Shown here piece by piece: positions 57,701 through 64,000 of a stretch of DNA of 64,000 bases (the first letter of the stretch is position 1; every line of letters begins with the position of its first letter). The stretch lies in the NCBI RefSeq assembly GCF_036321535.1, contig NC_087453.1:47058001-47122000 (forward strand), read 5' to 3'. Origin of the DNA: Camelus dromedarius. Lineage: Eukaryota. The position numbers and the translations under genes are program-made. The notes under the pieces are model-generated. The model was not told where the DNA came from. It saw nothing but the letters and a program-made list of their open reading frames with translations, and searched no databases.

Positions 57701-60700
57701 ACGAGCTCCCCAGGGCTGCGGGTGACGGGTCAGCCCCCGCGGTGTCCCAGGCTGACTTCTCAGTAAGACTTGGCAGCCCCGCCCCCAAGATCTGCGGGAC
57801 CCCTAAGCAAATCACCGCCCCCCCCCGCCCCCCGTGGTCACAAAGCCGCGGGGGTTTGGCGGTGGTGCTTCAGGCGGAAAGAAGTGATTGAGCAGAACAC
57901 ATTTTTTCAGGCTAACATCACTGGTGGGTGTGCAGATCCTGACTGGAAGGAGTTTGTTAAAACAAAGGAGTGACTGATGGGAAAACAAGCTCTTCTTGGC
58001 TCAGCTATGGGCTCTTTCGGGTTCAAGGCTGACCTCTTAAGCTGGATGGATTCTCAGCATTTGGCCCAGCTTTCCTCATTAACAGCCTGGATAAATGTGA
58101 GCTTTGTCCCTTCCAGAATCTGAATTTCTCCTCGTGAGAACGGAGGGGAAGAATGAAGGACTGCACTGTCAGCCAATGCTCTGCACTCAGGCCGCAGGGC
58201 GGTCACCTCAGGCCGCGGGGACGCGCCTGGACGGGGCAGCAGCAGGGTCTGTCTGGCGTCGGGAGGGCCTTCCTGTGCTGCAGGAGCTGGGTCACGGCTA
58301 AACACGCGGCCTCTGGGACCAGGTGCCAAGATGCAGACCCTGGTGTGCCCTCTGCTCTGCGTGACGCATGGTCGCCCGCCGGCACTGCCCTCTCTCTGTG
58401 GAGGGTCCAGAGGAGGCGGGGGAGGCAGGGTCTCCCACTGAGGACGGGGCTTTCCTGGCGCCTTCGCTTCCTGCCTCTGCAGCCACCTGCTTCCCACTTC
58501 CTCTTTCCCTTCCTCCCCGCGGGTCTGGAGTAAAGCAGGGCCTCCCACCACGGAGGAGAAGTCAAGCCCTCCCCACCCCCTTTCACTTCCCCTCCGAGCC
58601 CTGAGCTCGCACCGAGGACCAGCCAGAGGGTGCACACCCCCTACCCCGCCTGTGTTCACCAAGTGGACGGCAGTCGTGGAGGGGGAGGCCGGCAGCTGGG
58701 GGTCTGCCTCTCAGAACCCACCAGAAGGACCTCTGACGAGGTGCAGGGACTCACCCTGAAGTGGGGCGGCCATTGCTCTGACCTCGGGCACTGTCCCATG
58801 TGCCCTCTCAGCGAGAAGTGGGGGAAACAGTGTGAGTCCCTAAGACTCCCCATCTCCCAGGTAGAAACCAGGCTGGAACAGCCCAAGGTGACAGAGGACA
58901 AGGTGTCCTGGCTCAGGGCCCTCCCCTCAGTGCAGGGGCGTGGGACTAAGATGGGGCGCCCAGTGGGACTGCTGTCCTGGACCGAGTCCACCTGCCACTA
59001 ACTGAAGAATGACCCCGGCGACCAGCTGGGCAGAGCAGGGGAGCAGCGGCCCTGGCGGGGGCTGTGGACCGGGGCTTCCCAGTCTCGAACCTGTGCAGGG
59101 ACCCAGGTTCCGGGGGACCTGAGACTCTGCACGACTGTCACACTCCCAGGTACCATGCTGCCGCAGACGTGACTCCAGGAGCCTTGGGGCCGCAGGTGCA
59201 GACCTGGGCCGAGCTGCAAGCACGTTCCCAGGGGCGTCTGCTCTGGTCAGCCCTTGGCCTCCATCCGTGCTTCCCATAGGACGATTCACTAGCTCCCTTT
59301 GGCGAACCTGGCACCTGGCGTCAGTGCAGCAGGCCTGTGTCGCCGGCGCCAAACGTGCCCTCAGCAAGGAGCAGTGACATCTGCTCAGCTGCCGCCCAGC
59401 ACCAGTGTGTGTGTGCATTTCACCAAATGCCATAAAATTGATAACTTCAACTCATCATTACTTTAAGTCCAACAATCCTGGTTCTGGCTTGGAGACGCTT
59501 TGAGGGAAAGAACCCTTTCAGAGCAGCCTGTGAAATTCCAACGACCTGGTGCTGCTGAATTGATCTCCAAGTTTTAGCTCCTCAGTCAAAGCTAAGATCT
59601 GAGGTTTCTGTGCCGGACATTTGCAGCTTGGGTGTTGCGCTCTGGGGGCTGCCAAGCATCTGAACCCGCCTCCTCTGTGAGACACCCCCCCACCGCCTGT
59701 GTGTCATGCAGGGAGTCAGAGCCCCAGCCCCGGCTACACAAGCTGAGAAAGCCAGTCCGTCCAGGACGCTGGGACTCGGACGCCACTCAGATGCTCCCAT
59801 TCTGGATTTTTAATTGGGAACAGGCGTACGGACACTTTACAAGGACATGTCCACACCCCACATGGCAGGACTGGTGGCCTGCACGCTGCCCCTCCGGCCG
59901 CAGCGCTGATGGCGGGGCCCGTGGCCGGGCGTCGGGGAAGCTGCAGCCCCGACCAGTGTGCCCAGGCCGTGTTCCGCCGCCCACCGCCCCCATGTCTGTG
60001 CTCGCTTCCGAGCCGGGCTCTCCAGGCTCCCCCACGTTGGGACCCACCTCACATGCTTTCAAATGAAGCCTTTTCTCTCAAGTCAGTGGGACTGGGTTTT
60101 ACCCGCAGTGCGCTGGCTCCTCCATTTAGAGAACCCCATCACTGGTATAACAGACAGCACTGACGAATGCCTCACTCTGTCCATCGCTAGCCGCTGGTCC
60201 CGGGTCTTCTGGGATTTCCAGTGCTTCTCAGGAAAATGACAGTGTAGCCATTAGAGGCGGAGTTAGGACACAGCTACCTGCCACTGGCTGTGAGTACGGA
60301 GCACGACTTTGGGAGCACGCATTAAATAGTTTAATGAGCCTCTCTGCTGACTGCTTAGTGCTGGTTCGCTGGGGGCGTGCGCCCCGCAGGGCTTAGCTCC
60401 ATCTGTGTGGGACCACGTGCGCTAAGGCCAGGACGGCGGCAGCAGACGGGCCAGCACCAAAAGGCCTCAGCCCCAGTGTCTCTCGCCCCTTTGGACTGTT
60501 TTCTGACACCACTTAAGAGAAGATGAATCTCCCCAAGTGAGCCGACAGGAGCTGAAGGTCCTGCTGCCACAGGGCGGGCACAACAGTGTGAAGGCAGATC
60601 GTTGAGACGTTCTCTGGCTTGTGATCAGCCCTCCTCTAGTGAAACCTAATTAGCAGCAACAGTCTCAAACAGCTGCCGTGCAAAGGCCCGGGGGTCTCAG

Positions 60701-63700
60701 GCCCGACAAACAAGAGGGGAGCGGAAACCCCTGGGCACCTGATGCACGCCCCCGATTCCCGGCTGCGCACTGGGTGCAAGGGCTGCGGGGACTGAGCAGG
60801 CACTTGACCCAAGCGGGGAGGTTGTGGGTGGGCCTCGTGCGCTCTTTGCGCTCTCTGGGGCCTCTGAGGACACGGGGAAGTGTGCTCATTCTCGTGGCAT
60901 TCCAGGCATGGGATCCAAGACCAACACCTTGAATCAGAACTGCTGAGTCACAGCTGTCGCGGTGCCCCTCCCACCAGGGAGGTGAGCAGCTGGTCTCCAT
61001 CAGGGCGGCTTACTTGAAGGAAAATGAAACAACACGCGAACACCTTTAGAGCCAGAATCTATCACTGACAAAGGTCATTGAAAGCAGCGCTGACCGGACA
61101 CCATGTGAAAGCCACACGAACACACTCACAGACACACACAGCTGGCGGGCCCGGCCTCCTTGGCGTGGGGTGCGCCCCATCCAGGAGGGTCCCACATCAT
61201 GCGGCCTCTTCCACGTGGCTTGTCCATGTCACCTCCCCGGCACCTGGCCTCCCACGTGGGCTGCGTGGAACCGTGAACCTGAGGCTTGGGTGACCCTGGC
61301 ACCTTCCATTCTCGTGGGAAGACCCAGACACGCCACGCTTGGAGAGACTGAGCGAGGTAGGGACGTTTGTGCTTCGTCCCTGGTAAGAGCTGGGTGGGCA
61401 GGGGCTGGACAGGGTTTCTGTAATTCAGGGCTGCTGGCGCCTGCTGCCTGAGTCCTAACCCCAATCCTGAACTCGACCCTCCTGCTGCCCCGTGGGACCC
61501 GGGCATGGCTCAGCCCCTCCTAATGGGCAGGCGAGGAAGGCAGCCCCGGGGCAGAACAGAGGGAGAAGGTGGAAAACCCAGGCCTTCCGGGTTGGCTGGG
61601 AGGCGAGCGTGTGTCCGGCCTTAACACAGTGGGAAGGTGAGCCCGTCCCACAGAGCCCCGCCCGCCGGTCTCTGCCTCACCCCAGCAGGCCGTGGTGGCT
61701 GAGGACCGAGTCCACGCGGGGGTCGGGGTGGAGAGGGAGGAGCGCTGCGCGGTCCCCTGACCTACCCGTGCCCCGTGCCTGGCTCCCGCAGAGCCGGCAT
61801 TGGGACGGGGACTTTGCACACCTCTCATCGCCTCCTGGCCACCAGGCTCTAGTTCTCAGCCTTGACACAGAAGTGCACTCCTGTTCTGAACTCACCTCCG
61901 TTCCCTGCTTCCTCTCTCTGGGATGCTCGGCTCCTCCGGGGAGGAGGACCAGGGGCCCTTCCCAGGTGGGCTGCGTGCTGCAGATGGGGGCGGGGTCAGA
62001 CCTCAGCTCGCACTGGGAAGTGAGTCGGAACCCCGGGCCTTCCTCTTGCGAGATGAATGCTCCTTGCACTGTTTGGGGAATGAGACTCTCCTGTCTGGCT
62101 GGTCGTGGCTCTGAACTAGGGGAGAAGGTCCTGGGGTGGGAGGAAGGGCCCCCCCACATTGTCATGATGCACCTGCAGGTTAGGGGGACGCCGGTGACTG
62201 TGATGTGACGACCGTTCCAGGTGGTCCTTCGCATTACTCATCACCCTCACACTACCCCCTCAGGCCTGGCGGGGGCCTGTGCTGCGCGCAGGACCCCGGT
62301 TCCCAGCCCCACACTTGACGCCTCCGCGTGGAGCAGAGGGCACCCCCGTAGCAGAGCTGAGGGTGTTGGCTCTGGATAGGTGTCCTTGGCTGAGGACCTG
62401 GGCGATTGGCCCCCCGCCTCTCCATCTGGGGTGTGGACCCTGCGCCTGATGGTGACAACGCTGTGGTCCAGGGTCCCCGGGGTCACCTGAAACCCTCCTC
62501 TGTTCTCGGCCTCCTCCTCCCATCCTGCTCTACCCTCGTCCCCTGCTCAGTGCGAGTTTCCCCTGGAAACACTCCTTCAGGCATCATTTTCCAGGAATTC
62601 CACCCCAGGCTCTGCTTCCAGAGACCCGGATCCAAGACCGCCGTAGACAAGGTGTATGCGGAGGGTGAGGCACGCCGCGGTCCCCCCACCCAGGGATGGC
62701 CGATCAGGTGGCCCCGTGAAGAAAAAGTGGGAGATGTTCCTCTGTCACCAGGCTCTACTGAGAACACGTGCAGCTGTGCGTGTCCAGCCAGCGGTGGTCA
62801 CTTACTTCACGGCATTAAGAAAACAAATACCAGGAACACACGAGAAAAATGTGTGTCGGAACCCCAGTTACGTCAGGAAAGAAAGAATTAGTGACACATC
62901 GGAAGGGCTGCTGGGTTTCTTCCCAGCCTGGGAGAGTGTTTTTAACGAGGGAGAAACATGAAAACGCCATCTCACTGGGGCCTCTGGGAGGACCCCTGGC
63001 AGGCCTCGCCCTGCATTCTCGCCCCTACCGTGGACGCTGGGTGACACTCCCAAGACAGGGAGGAGGCCCTGACCCCCAGCCCCCGCCCCTCGCCCTCCTC
63101 CCTGGGCTGTGTCCCCCATGCTCAGGACTTCAAGCAGTGACACCACATGGGCTGGTGCCGCCTGGGTGTCATCTCTGGATGTCACACAGGTACCACCCGT
63201 GTCCAATGTTAAGGTCACCAGCTTAGCCAACAGACCTGCCCCTCGGCAGCATCCCGGCTGGGTTAATGACACCACTGTCCACGGTCATTTGGAGTCTCGG
63301 GCCTGGGCCGCATTCTCCACTTGAGCACAGTGACCACCAGAGGGAAGCCTTCGCCTGCTGGTGCCCCGTCCTCCTAGTCCTCTGTCCAACCTCACCGTGG
63401 GCCACACATTCTGAAGGCATCCCTGGGGTGACTTAGGCTCTGACTTGGGGGACCTTTGCAAGCTGAACACTCCAGAGCCCTGCAGAGCACTGCCGTGGTG
63501 GCTGGAGACCTGACTGCTGGACGTGGGGGGCGGGTATCGAACAGAACAAATGCCAGTAGGTGGCAGCAGCCTCCCGTTCCCTGGCAGCGAGGCCACACTG
63601 GGCTCCCAGGCAGGGAGACGGACTGTCCAGGAGACAGAGACCTTTGGGAGCAGGTGCCAGTGACAGAGGGCCCTCAGCAGACAAGTCTATGTTCCGCCCC

Positions 63701-64000
63701 TCCTCTTCCCCTCTCTCCACTTCTCCCTGGGTCCCCAGCCCCTTCGTCAAGCTGGCAGCTCCTTCCTGCTCACAGTCAGCTCTGGGACACAGAAGTGTGA
63801 ATGTCACACTGCACGCTGCTTTCATTCCCGTGATTAACAAGAACGCATGGCCCATTTGTAAGGGACACAGTTGCCCATAAAGGGGAGGCGGCTGAGGAGA
63901 TTCAGCGGAGTCCAGAGCTAAGGAACGTGGAGACACAGGACTTCCCTTGCTGGCACCTGCTCAGGACTGGTGCTCACACTCTGCTTCAATAAGTGTCATC

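Noticed and set aside
60230-60660. Homeobox-like motifs (attaaatagtttaat, ctaattag) suggesting an enhancer
   Set aside because: Short motifs are not significant without conservation or chromatin data.

Overview
Mammalian genomic DNA, most likely camelid (inferred from several short tRNA-derived SINEs of the Vic-1 type and cetartiodactyl L1/LTR remnants), covering the core of the type-2 cystatin/CRES cluster. Splice-supported gene models: the last exon of a CST12-like gene (350-493, +), CST8/CRES (+, 142 aa), CST13/cystatin T (+, 141 aa), two copies of a CST9L/testatin-like gene (+ and -), and CST3/cystatin C (-, 147 aa, CpG-island promoter). About 17 kb of repeat-rich DNA follows with no recognisable gene. 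The stand-out structure is a gene-containing palindrome. Its arms, 19791-~23520 and ~25825-29556 (about 3.73 kb each), are separated by a unique spacer of about 2.3 kb; mirrored coordinates sum to 49347, and I found one internal mismatch. Each arm carries a whole CST9L transcription unit, arranged tail-to-tail. Both copies appear to have ACG at the expected start position, with an in-frame ATG 28 codons upstream. The palindrome may be real (very recent duplication or arm-to-arm conversion) or an assembly artefact; sequence alone cannot decide. Gene names come from my recall of family sequences, not from a database search, and repeat family names and boundaries are approximate. Nearly all long ORFs in the supplied track are GC-rich noise.
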